Shown: positions 28,041 through 36,599 of the stretch, piece after piece
Layout of the letters: each line of letters begins with the position of its first letter
Position numbering within the stretch: position 1 is the stretch's first letter
Source of the DNA: Deltaproteobacteria bacterium
GTDB taxonomy: Bacteria > Bdellovibrionota > JACOXK01 > 2-02-FULL-40-11
DNA: 39,895 nucleotides
Direction of reading: 5' to 3'
Assembly (NCBI GenBank): GCA_016193105.1
Contig: JACPSU010000103.1
Coordinates: forward strand, 1 to 39,895
Translations under genes and position numbers: made by a program
The notes under the pieces: model-generated
What the model was told of the DNA's origin: nothing
Databases searched by the model: none
Seen by the model: only the letters and a program-made list of their open reading frames with translations

Positions 28041-28835
28041 ATGAAAATCCTTAGGCCCATTTTGATTTTGATGTTTTTCTCTCATCTCAGTTTTGCACAA
28101 ACACCTTTGAATTCTCGTCTCTTAAGTTTGGATGAGATTAAAACACAGGCGAATGAGAGTTTAAAGAGTTTTACAGAACGTACAGGAGTTGTTTCTAATT
28201 TTAGATCTTTAGCTCCAGCAAGTCCCTTGGGAATTTGGGGATGGAATGTTGGGGTAGAAGTGACTTCTCTTCCTCAAAACACCTTTGATATTTTAAGACA
28301 GCCTTTTGATTTACCTTCTTATTTTCCACGTTTTCATGTAGTCAAAGGGTTAACTCCTAATCTTGATTTTGAAGCTTCACTTTTGCTTCCTCGGTTTGTA
28401 ATGGGGCAGAATGCATTGCCTCAAGAAATTAGAAATATTGCAGTGTATGGAGCAGGTTTAAAATATGCACTTCTTCGAGAAGAGGAGTTTCCAATCTCTC
28501 TAGCCGTTCGGGCCACCTATAATCGTTTGTATCTGAGTTTTTTTAAATCAGATACTTATGGGGCTGATCTTTCCTTGAGTCGTTCTGTCAAGCTTCCCAT
28601 TATTCCTTTGCAGCTAACACCTTATGCTGGAATTGGATATATGGCGATTAATGGTGTATTTAATAAAAGTTTAATTGGTCTTGATGTTTCTCAGATTCAT
28701 ACCCTTCAAGATTATCGTTATTTTGTGGGGATGAGTACCAAACTTTTTATCTTTAATTTTACCAGCCAAATAGATGTTCCAGCCACGTTCAAAAAAATTG
28801 ACTCTGTCAGCTTTAAGTTCAGTCTAGAAATCTGA
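28041..28835 (+). CDS. putative outer-membrane beta-barrel protein
   Basis: ATG 28041, signal peptide MKILRPILILMFFSHLSFAQ, alternating hydrophobic beta-strand pattern with Gly/aromatic girdle residues. Confidence 0.55.
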   Translation: MKILRPILILMFFSHLSFAQTPLNSRLLSLDEIKTQANESLKSFTERTGVVSNFRSLAPASPLGIWGWNVGVEVTSLPQNTFDILRQPFDLPSYFPRFHVVKGLTPNLDFEASLLLPRFVMGQNALPQEIRNIAVYGAGLKYALLREEEFPISLAVRATYNRLYLSFFKSDTYGADLSLSRSVKLPIIPLQLTPYAGIGYMAINGVFNKSLIGLDVSQIHTLQDYRYFVGMSTKLFIFNFTSQIDVPATFKKIDSVSFKFSLEI

Positions 28836-28853
28836 TTTAAGTTTCTTTAAGTT

Positions 28854-29342
28854 TTAACGATATTTTTTAAGAATTGCGTCAATAATGTTTGTCGTGGATT
28901 TTCCTTGGACGTAGTGGATTGTTTTGACCTGGCCCCCATTTTTAAGCACAAGGTCTGAGCCTACAATTTTATCTTTGGCCCAATCTCCACCTTTGACAAG
29001 AATATTGGGTTTTAAGGCGGCAATAGTTTTATAGGGGGTCTCTTCGTGGAAAAAAGTGACAAAGTCCACCGCTTTTAAAGCCCCCATGATTTCTGCTCTT
29101 TCTTTTAAAGGAACAATGGGACGCAATGTCCCTTTAATTTTTTTAACAGAAATATCTGAGTTTAAGGCAACCACCAAGGCATCTCCACATTTTTTGGCGG
29201 CGGTGAGATAGCGGACATGGCCGGCATGTAAAATATCAAAACAGCCATTGGTAAAAACAACCTTTTTCTTTTTGCTCTGAAGTCTTGCTAAAAGAGGTTT
29301 TAACTTTTGAACGGTATATAATTTAGAAATCCGTGTGGACAC
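28854..29342 (-). CDS. hldC: D-glycero-beta-D-manno-heptose 1-phosphate adenylyltransferase (stand-alone RfaE domain II, cytidylyltransferase fold)
   Basis: VVFTNGCFDILHAGHVRYL (the HxGH nucleotidyltransferase motif in RfaE-II context) and ..ILVKGGDW... The ~160 aa size matches the stand-alone domain. Confidence 0.8.
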   Translation of the reverse strand: MSTRISKLYTVQKLKPLLARLQSKKKKVVFTNGCFDILHAGHVRYLTAAKKCGDALVVALNSDISVKKIKGTLRPIVPLKERAEIMGALKAVDFVTFFHEETPYKTIAALKPNILVKGGDWAKDKIVGSDLVLKNGGQVKTIHYVQGKSTTNIIDAILKKYR

Positions 29343-29724
29343 GACGCGTAAAAAGTTCTCCTAAAGAGGGGGTTTTAAATTGGTTAAAGAATAGAAAATA
29401 AAAAAGTGAGATCATCATAAAGAGTAAAAAGTGAAAAAATAGAATAGTGCCTTGGCTTACAAAAGAAATCCAAGCTTGAAGGCTTTGAATATTGAGTTGC
29501 CAAGAGGAAATTCCGCATAAAAGACCAAAGAAAAAAAGAACAAAAAGCTCATCGAATAAAAAAGCTAGAAAAGTATACGAGCTGGTCGAATCCAGAAGAG
29601 GAAGCGGTTCTTTTTTTTGCATGGCCCGAGTAGTTTTAAAAGCAGAAGGGTGAATTCCAAGGCCTTCATCTAAAGCTCTAAACTCAATATGTTCTAAATC
29701 CCCCATATCTTTTTCACTATACAC
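29323..29724 (-). CDS. hypothetical membrane protein
   Basis: 133-aa ORF with 2-3 hydrophobic segments (FLAFLFDELFVLFFFGLLCGI; ILFFHFLLFMMISLFYFLFF). Same strand as rsmE and hldC, and overlaps both. GTG 29724 or the ATG 18 nt downstream could be the start. Confidence 0.45.
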   Translation of the reverse strand: MYSEKDMGDLEHIEFRALDEGLGIHPSAFKTTRAMQKKEPLPLLDSTSSYTFLAFLFDELFVLFFFGLLCGISSWQLNIQSLQAWISFVSQGTILFFHFLLFMMISLFYFLFFNQFKTPSLGELFTRRVHTDF

Positions 29725-30448
29725 GATTTAGATCTCCTTTAACATACTGAAGAATAGCGGTCACGGCTGGGGCTACGGTTTCGGTGCGTAAGATTCTTTT
29801 GCCTAAAGAGACCACATGGAATTTGGCCTTTTGGGATTTTGTAATTTCTTCAGGGGAAAACCCTCCCTCTGGACCAATTAAAAGACAAAAACGTGTGGCG
29901 CAAGTTGTTGCTAAAATATCCTTAAAGGTTTTAGAGGCTTCAAGTTCATAAAAAATAATTTTTTCATGCTGGGGATAGTGGTTTAAAAAATCTGAGAGAG
30001 TTAGAGGAGAAGAAATCTTAGGGACTTTGGTCCTTCCGGTTTGTTGGGAAGACATTTGAGCAATCTTTTGCCAACGTAAAACTTTTTGAGGAGAAGCTTT
30101 TTTAAGATCTGAACGCTCTGTGATCAGGGGAACAAGTTCAGAAACTCCAAGTTCTGTGACTTTGGGAATGAGATCATCAAATTTAGATCCTTTAGGAATG
30201 CCCTGTCCAATAACAATTTCAAGAGGTGATTCTTTATCTGTTTTTTGAGAGGTTAAGATTTGAAGTGTTGTTTTATTTTTATCCATAGCTGTGATTTTGG
30301 CACTAAATTCTTCTTCGCCCCCATTAAAAAGATACAAAGGATCCCCTATGTTCATTCTTAAGACATTTTTAATATAGTGGTGCTCTTCTTCTGTCAGAAC
30401 TAGCGAAGAATGGGGTTTTAGATTTTGGTCTATAAATATTCTACTCAT
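29717..30448 (-). CDS. rsmE: 16S rRNA (uracil1498-N3)-methyltransferase RsmE
   Basis: MSRIFIDQ..L..EE.HH..NVLRM..GD.L.LFNG N-terminal PUA-like region and the C-terminal SPOUT motif LLIGPEGGFSPEEI. Confidence 0.85.
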   Translation of the reverse strand: MSRIFIDQNLKPHSSLVLTEEEHHYIKNVLRMNIGDPLYLFNGGEEEFSAKITAMDKNKTTLQILTSQKTDKESPLEIVIGQGIPKGSKFDDLIPKVTELGVSELVPLITERSDLKKASPQKVLRWQKIAQMSSQQTGRTKVPKISSPLTLSDFLNHYPQHEKIIFYELEASKTFKDILATTCATRFCLLIGPEGGFSPEEITKSQKAKFHVVSLGKRILRTETVAPAVTAILQYVKGDLNRV

Positions 30449-30664
30449 ACACTATAGCCCTTTATCAGTAGAAATTTTCCCTGTCAAAAGATTAGATTTG
30501 TTCAAAACTGCTAAATATTACACAACTAATTGATATTATTTATATTTTTAATATCGCTGTTTATGATTCGCCTACAAAATGAACATTTTTTAGGCAATTT
30601 AGGGGTCTATGTATGCACAATAAATTGGCATATTTGTTGCTTAAACTAACACCTGGGGGAAATC

Positions 30665-31660
30665 ATGATACTTAATAAAAAGAAACTTTTTACTGCCTTA
30701 TTTTGTGCTCTTTTAATGACAGGGAGCGCTTTTGGTTCTGCCTTAGATCAAGAAGTGATTCAGGTGCTCCGAAGGGTTCTTCAAAGGATGGCTCCAGGAG
30801 AAATCGCTCAAATTGAAAGAGAAGGAGTCGCAGGTTGGCAAAGGGTGACAATCAATGCTCTGACTCAGGCGATTAAAAAGGATATTCCTGCAACAGAAGT
30901 CTATGATGCTGTTTTAGCGCAACTCAAATCTCCAGATGAGCTTTCAAAATTTATAAAAACGCATCCTGATGTTGTTTCAGATTTAAAACCAGGGCTTAAA
31001 GAATCTATAGAAAGGCTTATGTTAGAAGGCCAAGCAGAAGTGCAAGCTGCTGCTGTTGCTGTTGTTACTCCTGGCACAAAAACTATTTTTTTGGGGGGGA
31101 GTAATCGATTGCGAGCTTTGGTAACACCGACAGAGGATGAATTGGCTGTTCTTCTGGGGACGAAAAAAGCAGGACAGGAGGCATTTGCTGTTGCCTCTCC
31201 TTCTCATCAAGAAGTGCTTCCTCAATTTTTAGATAGGAGCCTTCTTCCTGGGGTAGCATTTACAGAGAGCATTGTTCCTGAAGCTGAAAAAGAAGTGATT
31301 TTGTATGCGGCTTTTCCAAAATTTAAAGTTTCGGAAGATCTTTTCAGATCTCATCCGCAAGAATGGATTGCGCTTCTTATTGAGCATGGGGAGTTTACAT
31401 TGGCCGGTTCCACTGTTACGGAACGAGGAGCCCAGTATGTTTTAAAATCAGCACATGCAGGAGGGGTAGAGATGACTATTTTTTCTACTCTTTCTGCCGA
31501 TGCTCAAATGACAACAATTGATCTTTGTTATTTATTCAGGGAAAAAGGCGCTGAATCTTTTGTTCCATATCGACATCATTTTGTCTATTTAGATAATACC
31601 GTCGGAAGTCACGCCATTATACGTGATGGCGAATCCATCCTTGAATCCATTTTCCATTAA
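30665..31660 (+). CDS. exported protein of unknown function
   Basis: 331-aa ORF. GGGGGA lies 5 nt upstream of the ATG. Signal peptide MILNKKKLFTALFCALLMTGSAFG. No recognised motif. Confidence 0.6.
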   Translation: MILNKKKLFTALFCALLMTGSAFGSALDQEVIQVLRRVLQRMAPGEIAQIEREGVAGWQRVTINALTQAIKKDIPATEVYDAVLAQLKSPDELSKFIKTHPDVVSDLKPGLKESIERLMLEGQAEVQAAAVAVVTPGTKTIFLGGSNRLRALVTPTEDELAVLLGTKKAGQEAFAVASPSHQEVLPQFLDRSLLPGVAFTESIVPEAEKEVILYAAFPKFKVSEDLFRSHPQEWIALLIEHGEFTLAGSTVTERGAQYVLKSAHAGGVEMTIFSTLSADAQMTTIDLCYLFREKGAESFVPYRHHFVYLDNTVGSHAIIRDGESILESIFH

Positions 31661-32629
31661 TTAAACACACACGGTGCAATTTCGGCCTTTACGTTTAGCT
31701 TGATAGAGAGCTTTGTCCGCTCTTAAAACAAGTTTCTTAGGATTTTTTTCTTTAGAATATCCGGCAGCTCCAATGCTAATGGTAAGTCCTTTTTTCTTTT
31801 TATTTTTAATTTTATATGAAAATTTTTTATGAACCACTGCTTGGCGGAGTCGTTCCGCCATCTCTTGGGCTTTTTTAGGGGGAGTTTCTGTGAGAATAAT
31901 AGCAAATTCTTCTCCACCATACCGAGCGATGAAATCTGTGCTTCGAATATTTTTTTTCAAAACCTGGGCAATGGTTTTTAAGGCTTTATCTCCTATAGCA
32001 TGTCCATGCTCATCATTATAATTTTTAAAATAATCGATATCGACTAAAAGCAAAGACAAAGGATGTCCATAGCGGTCAGAGCGTTCGACTTCTGCTTGTA
32101 GTTGGGCCCAAAAATAACGTGGGTTTCCTACCTGCGTGAGTTCATCGGTTACCGCAAGCTCGCTTAGTTTTTGAGTGCGATCTTGGACTGTTTTTTCAAG
32201 CCCTTCATTGATTTGTTTTAATTCTTGAACGAGCTCTCGATTACGTATTTCCAAGTCAAAACGTTCTAAGGCTCGTTGAACAATGAGTTTAAGCTCATGG
32301 TTATTCCAAGGCTTAGTAATATATCGATAGAGGCCCCCTTCATTAATCGCTTCGATCAAATCTTCCACATCCGTATAGCCTGTCAAAATCATCCGAAGTA
32401 TATGCGGATGAGTTTTTTGAAGAGTTTTAAAAAACTCAATTCCTGTCATCTCTGGCATTCGTTGGTCACAAATGACAAGAGAAATGGAATTTTTTTCAAC
32501 AATCTCTAGTCCTGCTTTGCCACTATCAGCCGTATAGACGGTGGCTACGGTCATAAGAGTGCGTTCGAGTGCTTTTAAATTTTCTATCTCATCGTCGATA
32601 AGAAGGATAGAATGCCTTGTGCTTTGCAT
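31661..32629 (-). CDS. response regulator with GGDEF diguanylate cyclase output domain (PleD/WspR-like)
   Basis: Receiver domain (ILLIDDE.., phospho-acceptor context LVICDQRMPEMTG, ..KPW), coiled linker, GGEEF active site with an RSTD (RxxD) I-site five residues upstream. Confidence 0.9.
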   Translation of the reverse strand: MQSTRHSILLIDDEIENLKALERTLMTVATVYTADSGKAGLEIVEKNSISLVICDQRMPEMTGIEFFKTLQKTHPHILRMILTGYTDVEDLIEAINEGGLYRYITKPWNNHELKLIVQRALERFDLEIRNRELVQELKQINEGLEKTVQDRTQKLSELAVTDELTQVGNPRYFWAQLQAEVERSDRYGHPLSLLLVDIDYFKNYNDEHGHAIGDKALKTIAQVLKKNIRSTDFIARYGGEEFAIILTETPPKKAQEMAERLRQAVVHKKFSYKIKNKKKKGLTISIGAAGYSKEKNPKKLVLRADKALYQAKRKGRNCTVCV

Positions 32630-32651
32630 GAAAGTAGAGTAAGCAATTCAT

Positions 32652-33638
32652 GTGAAAGAGTCAAATAAAGTCAACATAATAGATGAATTTTATATCGTGA
32701 AGACCGTCGCGCAGACCGAGCGGGCACGGTTCGAGCGAAGCGAGAGAGCGAGGTCGAGCGCGAGCGCGAATTCCCCGCTGGGGAATTCGATAGCGTGTCT
32801 GAAAGAGATAAAATTCATCTATTATGTTATTTTCTTTGTTTCTTTTCTGTTTACTTACTCTACTCTTCAAGCGCAGACGGGGGAGGAGAAGTTTTTGAAA
32901 TGGGTGGAGAGGGAGATTGAGAAAAATAATAAAAAGGATGCTATTGAAGTTCGGCCCTTAGAACAAGCCAAAGCATTTTTCAATGGTCCCAAAGATTCCC
33001 CTTTAGAAAAGAAAATCACGGTCGAGCCCACGGGAGATTTTATTTATACAGAGATTGCAGAGCCCTTTGAGGGGGATTACAAAAAAGCAGTCCGTCTGTA
33101 TTGGGATATTACAACAGGTAAACAAAAGCCTAGTCTTTTTATTGAAAGCGGGGCGGGACGGGATGAGAAGGTTACAAATCTTCGTTCCATAGATAACGGA
33201 GTCGAATTTATCTCAGATCGTGTGTATCAAAGCTCTTTGGCATTTAATAGTCGAACAACCATTCACCTTCATCGTTTTGATGTGGAATCTAAACATTTAG
33301 TTATTGTCGTCAATGAAATGGTCAAAGATTGGGGTGCGGAGTTAGCTAAAAAGAAAGTGAAGCGACTCTCCAAATCTTATTACCCTATTTTTCGCGATTT
33401 AAATATTGATGTCTATCAAGAAAGTGAGCCCAATAAATTTTGGTACCACTCTTATGCTCTTTATAAAGGGCAAGGGATGAAATCGACCAACCTCTCTTTA
33501 AATGTGGCTAAAAAAGTGGGAGATGTTTTTTCTTTTGGAATGCTGGATAAGGGATTGAAGGCTAAGCTGACTTCTGAGGCGATGAAGATTTGGGAACGTC
33601 GTCGCCAAGTATTTCAGGATTTAATTCTTAAGCCTTAA
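32652..33638 (+). CDS. exported protein of unknown function; 5' end remodelled by a GC-rich foldback cassette (start uncertain)
   Basis: The ORF is open from GTG 32652. A convincing signal peptide (KEIKFIYYVIFFVSFLFTYSTLQAQ) begins only at codon 50, right after a second copy of TGAAAGAG. Alternative starts are GTG 32697 or CTG 32799. Confidence 0.6.
   Translation: MKESNKVNIIDEFYIVKTVAQTERARFERSERARSSASANSPLGNSIACLKEIKFIYYVIFFVSFLFTYSTLQAQTGEEKFLKWVEREIEKNNKKDAIEVRPLEQAKAFFNGPKDSPLEKKITVEPTGDFIYTEIAEPFEGDYKKAVRLYWDITTGKQKPSLFIESGAGRDEKVTNLRSIDNGVEFISDRVYQSSLAFNSRTTIHLHRFDVESKHLVIVVNEMVKDWGAELAKKKVKRLSKSYYPIFRDLNIDVYQESEPNKFWYHSYALYKGQGMKSTNLSLNVAKKVGDVFSFGMLDKGLKAKLTSEAMKIWERRRQVFQDLILKP
32661..32828. 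repeat. foldback cassette: 21-bp perfect inverted repeat around a GC-rich core with an internal 10-bp hairpin, flanked by the direct repeat TGAAAGAG
   Basis: AACATAATAGATGAATTTTAT (32673-32693) is the exact reverse complement of 32808-32828. Core hairpin CGAATTCCCC-GCT-GGGGAATTCG at 32767-32789. GTGAAAGAG (32652-32660) and CTGAAAGAG (32799-32807) are exactly 147 nt apart. Confidence 0.6.
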
Positions 33639-35143
33639 TTTTTAGAAAGATCCAAAAAGGGGAGATAATTAGCTTGGGGATGAAAGTAAAATCCCTTAAT
33701 GTGTGTAGAGTAAACGGCCGTGTTATTCAGATGCCATAAGGAAATATAAGGGACATCTTCTGCAACTATTTTTTGAACCTCCGCATAAATCTTTTTTCTC
33801 TTTTGAATATTCAATGTGATGCGTCCTTCTGAAGTGAGTTTGTCGACTTTAGGGTTCATATAGAAGACCCTATTTTTTCCGGGAGGAACATTCGAAGAGT
33901 GAAAGATTTCATACAAAATATCTGGATCTGTGACCCCAACCCACCTGGATGAAAAAAGTTGAAAATTTCCGGTTTGAATATCATTAAAAAAAGTTCCCCA
34001 TTCATGAGTTCGAAGCTCAACCATAATGCCCACTTTTTTAAGATGATCCGAAATAAGCCGAGCCGTATTGACGGCTTGAATGTCGGTAGAAGTTTTAAAA
34101 ATGAGCGTCATAGGAAGTGATACGCCTGATTCTTTTAGCAGTTTTTTAGCTTTTTGGGGATCATAGGTGTAAGAGCGAACAGCGGGTTCAGTGTACCCAT
34201 TTTGAGAAGATAAAATAGAATTGGCAGGGGTAGCCATATTTTCTAAAAGATGTTCAATAATTTCTTCCCGATGGATAGCATACGCAATGGCTTGGCGAAC
34301 TTTTTTGTTTTTTAAGAGGGGATCTTTTAAATTTAATCCCAAATATGCGTATGTAATTCCCGGACTTTTGGTAAAACTTAAAGTAGATTCCTTTGAAAGC
34401 TTTGCTAAGGAATCATAGTTTAGAGCATTTTGGATGAGATCAACCTCTCCTTTTTTTAGTTTTAAAACTCGAGTGTTATCATCTTTAATAACTTTAAAAA
34501 CGAGGTTTTCTAATTTGGGATTAAATTTAAAATGGTCAGGATTTCGTTTGAGTTTTAAAGTATTGGGTTCTTTTGTCACTAATTGATATGGGCCAGATCC
34601 TAGGGGGAGCTCTTTGGAGTCTTTTGGGAGATCTTTTTGCTCTTTCGCCTGCATGGGCATGGCTTTAATGAGGGTTAAGTCTGTTAAAAAACTAGCTTGG
34701 GGAGTTTTAAGGCGAATTTCTAAAGTTAAAGGATCAAGAGCTGTGACTTTTTCCACATTTTTAAATCCACTTAAGAGGGGAGATCCAAAATTGGGGTCTT
34801 GAATTTGTTTTAGAGTAGAAACAAAGTGATCCGCCGTAATTGGAGAGCCATCCGGAAACCTCAAATTGGGCCTGAGCGTAAATTGATAGGTCGTATCGTT
34901 TAAAGTTTTCCAATTTAAAGCCAAATGAGGTACAATTTGTAAATTGTTGTCGATCATGACCAATGCGTCATAGAGCAAGGTATCGATTCTCTGAGAAGTA
35001 GCGTCTAAAGCAAAGCGGGGATCCAGATTAGAAGGCTCAGCATCAATGGCGATAACTAGGGAGTCTTTTGGAGTCAAATTTTGTCCAGAACAGCCGAAAA
35101 GAAGAAGAGAGCCTATCATTATGAGGAAACGTATGACTAACAT
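33635..35143 (-). CDS. ABC transporter substrate-binding lipoprotein, family 5 (peptide/nickel, DppA/OppA-like)
   Basis: Lipobox LLLFGCSG, then the typical SBP_bac_5 layout (..DPR.A.D..S......LYD.L...D......P.LA..W....D...Y.F.LR....F.DG.P..A.D). Confidence 0.85.
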   Translation of the reverse strand: MLVIRFLIMIGSLLLFGCSGQNLTPKDSLVIAIDAEPSNLDPRFALDATSQRIDTLLYDALVMIDNNLQIVPHLALNWKTLNDTTYQFTLRPNLRFPDGSPITADHFVSTLKQIQDPNFGSPLLSGFKNVEKVTALDPLTLEIRLKTPQASFLTDLTLIKAMPMQAKEQKDLPKDSKELPLGSGPYQLVTKEPNTLKLKRNPDHFKFNPKLENLVFKVIKDDNTRVLKLKKGEVDLIQNALNYDSLAKLSKESTLSFTKSPGITYAYLGLNLKDPLLKNKKVRQAIAYAIHREEIIEHLLENMATPANSILSSQNGYTEPAVRSYTYDPQKAKKLLKESGVSLPMTLIFKTSTDIQAVNTARLISDHLKKVGIMVELRTHEWGTFFNDIQTGNFQLFSSRWVGVTDPDILYEIFHSSNVPPGKNRVFYMNPKVDKLTSEGRITLNIQKRKKIYAEVQKIVAEDVPYISLWHLNNTAVYSTHIKGFYFHPQANYLPFLDLSKN

Positions 35144-36599
35144 GGTTTTTACTATACGGAGTTTAAAACTCCTTTGTCAAATGGTTGTCATCGGGATGAG
35201 CATGGCCTCCTCTCTTGGTTTTTCAGCCTCTCGATCAGACATTCAAAAAAAAATCACTCAGATCTTGTCAGACCCTTCTCTCAAGAATATGCAGATTGGC
35301 ATACAGGCCACTTCATTAAAAGCAGATGAAAAGGTTTTTGAATATCATCCTGCAGATCTCTTAAAGCCAGCTTCGAATGTAAAGCTTGTCACAACACTCG
35401 CCGCCCTTAAATACCTGGGGCCAGACTATCGATTTAAAACCAAACTTTATACAGATGGGGTCATTAAAAATGGCATTCTTCAGGGGAATCTCTACATTAA
35501 AGGATTCGGGGATCCCTTGCTTGTTTCAGAGCAGCTTTGGTTTTTGGTCAATGACTTAAAAAGAGTGGGTTTTCAAGAAGTCAAAGGAGATCTTATTTTA
35601 GATGATTCTTTTTTTGATCTTATTCGCACCGTCAGAGATGGACATCCGGCGAATGGCAATGGCAGAGATCGTGCCTATGATGCTCCCTTGGGGGCGTTAT
35701 CTGTGAATTTTAATACGACAACCGTCTATGTTTATCCAGGATCAGCGGTGGGGAAGAAAGCAAGAGTGGTGATAGACCCAGATAATACCTATGTAAAGGT
35801 GATCAATCGTTCGAAAACCCTTCGTGCAAATACTTCACTGACTCTAGATGCGTCACGAGAAATTGGAAAAGTGAGCGATACAATTATAGTAACAGGAGGC
35901 ATTCCCCTGACGTATCCAGTGAAAAGATTTTATCGGAATATTACGTATCCTCACCTCTATGCAGCCGCTCTTTTTCGTCGGTTTTTTAAAGAACAAGGGT
36001 TAAGTGTTCAGGGGAAGAACCAGTTTAAAGAGGTCCCTCCTTATGCAAGGGAAATCTTGGTCTATGAATCTCGACCTTTGAGAATTCTTGTGGGAGATTT
36101 AAATAAAATCAGCAATAACTTTGTGGCTGAACAAATGTTAAAAACCATGGCCGCAGAACTTAAGCAACCTCCGGGATCTACCGATAAAGGATTGAGTATC
36201 TTGCAGGGATTTTTACAAGAAATAGGGGTGAAAGATCCGTACCAGTTAGTCAATGGTTCTGGTTTGTCTGCTGATAACAAAATGTCTTCAGCTCAACTGG
36301 TAGAAGTCTTAAAATATGGGTATAAAAATTTTGGAGTTTTCCCAGAATATATGGCATCGATGGGGATTGTAGGGGTCGATGGAACAGTGAGTTTGCGATT
36401 ACAAAATACAGTGGCACAAGGGCGTATCCGGGCAAAAACAGGATCGTTATTTGGAGTGAGTGCTTTGTCAGGATATTTAAATACATTGAATAATGAAACG
36501 TTGGCCTTTTCGATGATTATGAATGATCCACAAGATCGGACAGAGCTGATGCAAGGGATTCAGGATAAAATTCTTTTAACCTTATGTGAGTTGAAATGA
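35142..36599 (+). CDS. dacB: D-alanyl-D-alanine carboxypeptidase/endopeptidase (PBP4, peptidase S13)
   Basis: SxxK motif in PASNVKLVTTLAAL, SGS (NGSGLS) and KTG (RAKTGSL) motifs. Start taken at ATG 35142 (signal-like MVFTIRSLKLLCQMVVIGMSMASSLGFSAS). The upstream ORF-track extension would run antisense through the neighbour's signal peptide. Confidence 0.85.
   Translation: MVFTIRSLKLLCQMVVIGMSMASSLGFSASRSDIQKKITQILSDPSLKNMQIGIQATSLKADEKVFEYHPADLLKPASNVKLVTTLAALKYLGPDYRFKTKLYTDGVIKNGILQGNLYIKGFGDPLLVSEQLWFLVNDLKRVGFQEVKGDLILDDSFFDLIRTVRDGHPANGNGRDRAYDAPLGALSVNFNTTTVYVYPGSAVGKKARVVIDPDNTYVKVINRSKTLRANTSLTLDASREIGKVSDTIIVTGGIPLTYPVKRFYRNITYPHLYAAALFRRFFKEQGLSVQGKNQFKEVPPYAREILVYESRPLRILVGDLNKISNNFVAEQMLKTMAAELKQPPGSTDKGLSILQGFLQEIGVKDPYQLVNGSGLSADNKMSSAQLVEVLKYGYKNFGVFPEYMASMGIVGVDGTVSLRLQNTVAQGRIRAKTGSLFGVSALSGYLNTLNNETLAFSMIMNDPQDRTELMQGIQDKILLTLCELK

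Noticed and set aside
35046-35141. ORF-track N-terminal extensions (35046 for dacB; likewise 386 for the OMP, 19674 for the small exported protein, 19668 for ligA, 28020 for the second OMP, 25729 for BMC-P3)
   Set aside because: In each case an internal start with an SD and/or a proper signal peptide or conserved N-terminus exists. The extension also overlaps the neighbouring gene or promoter.
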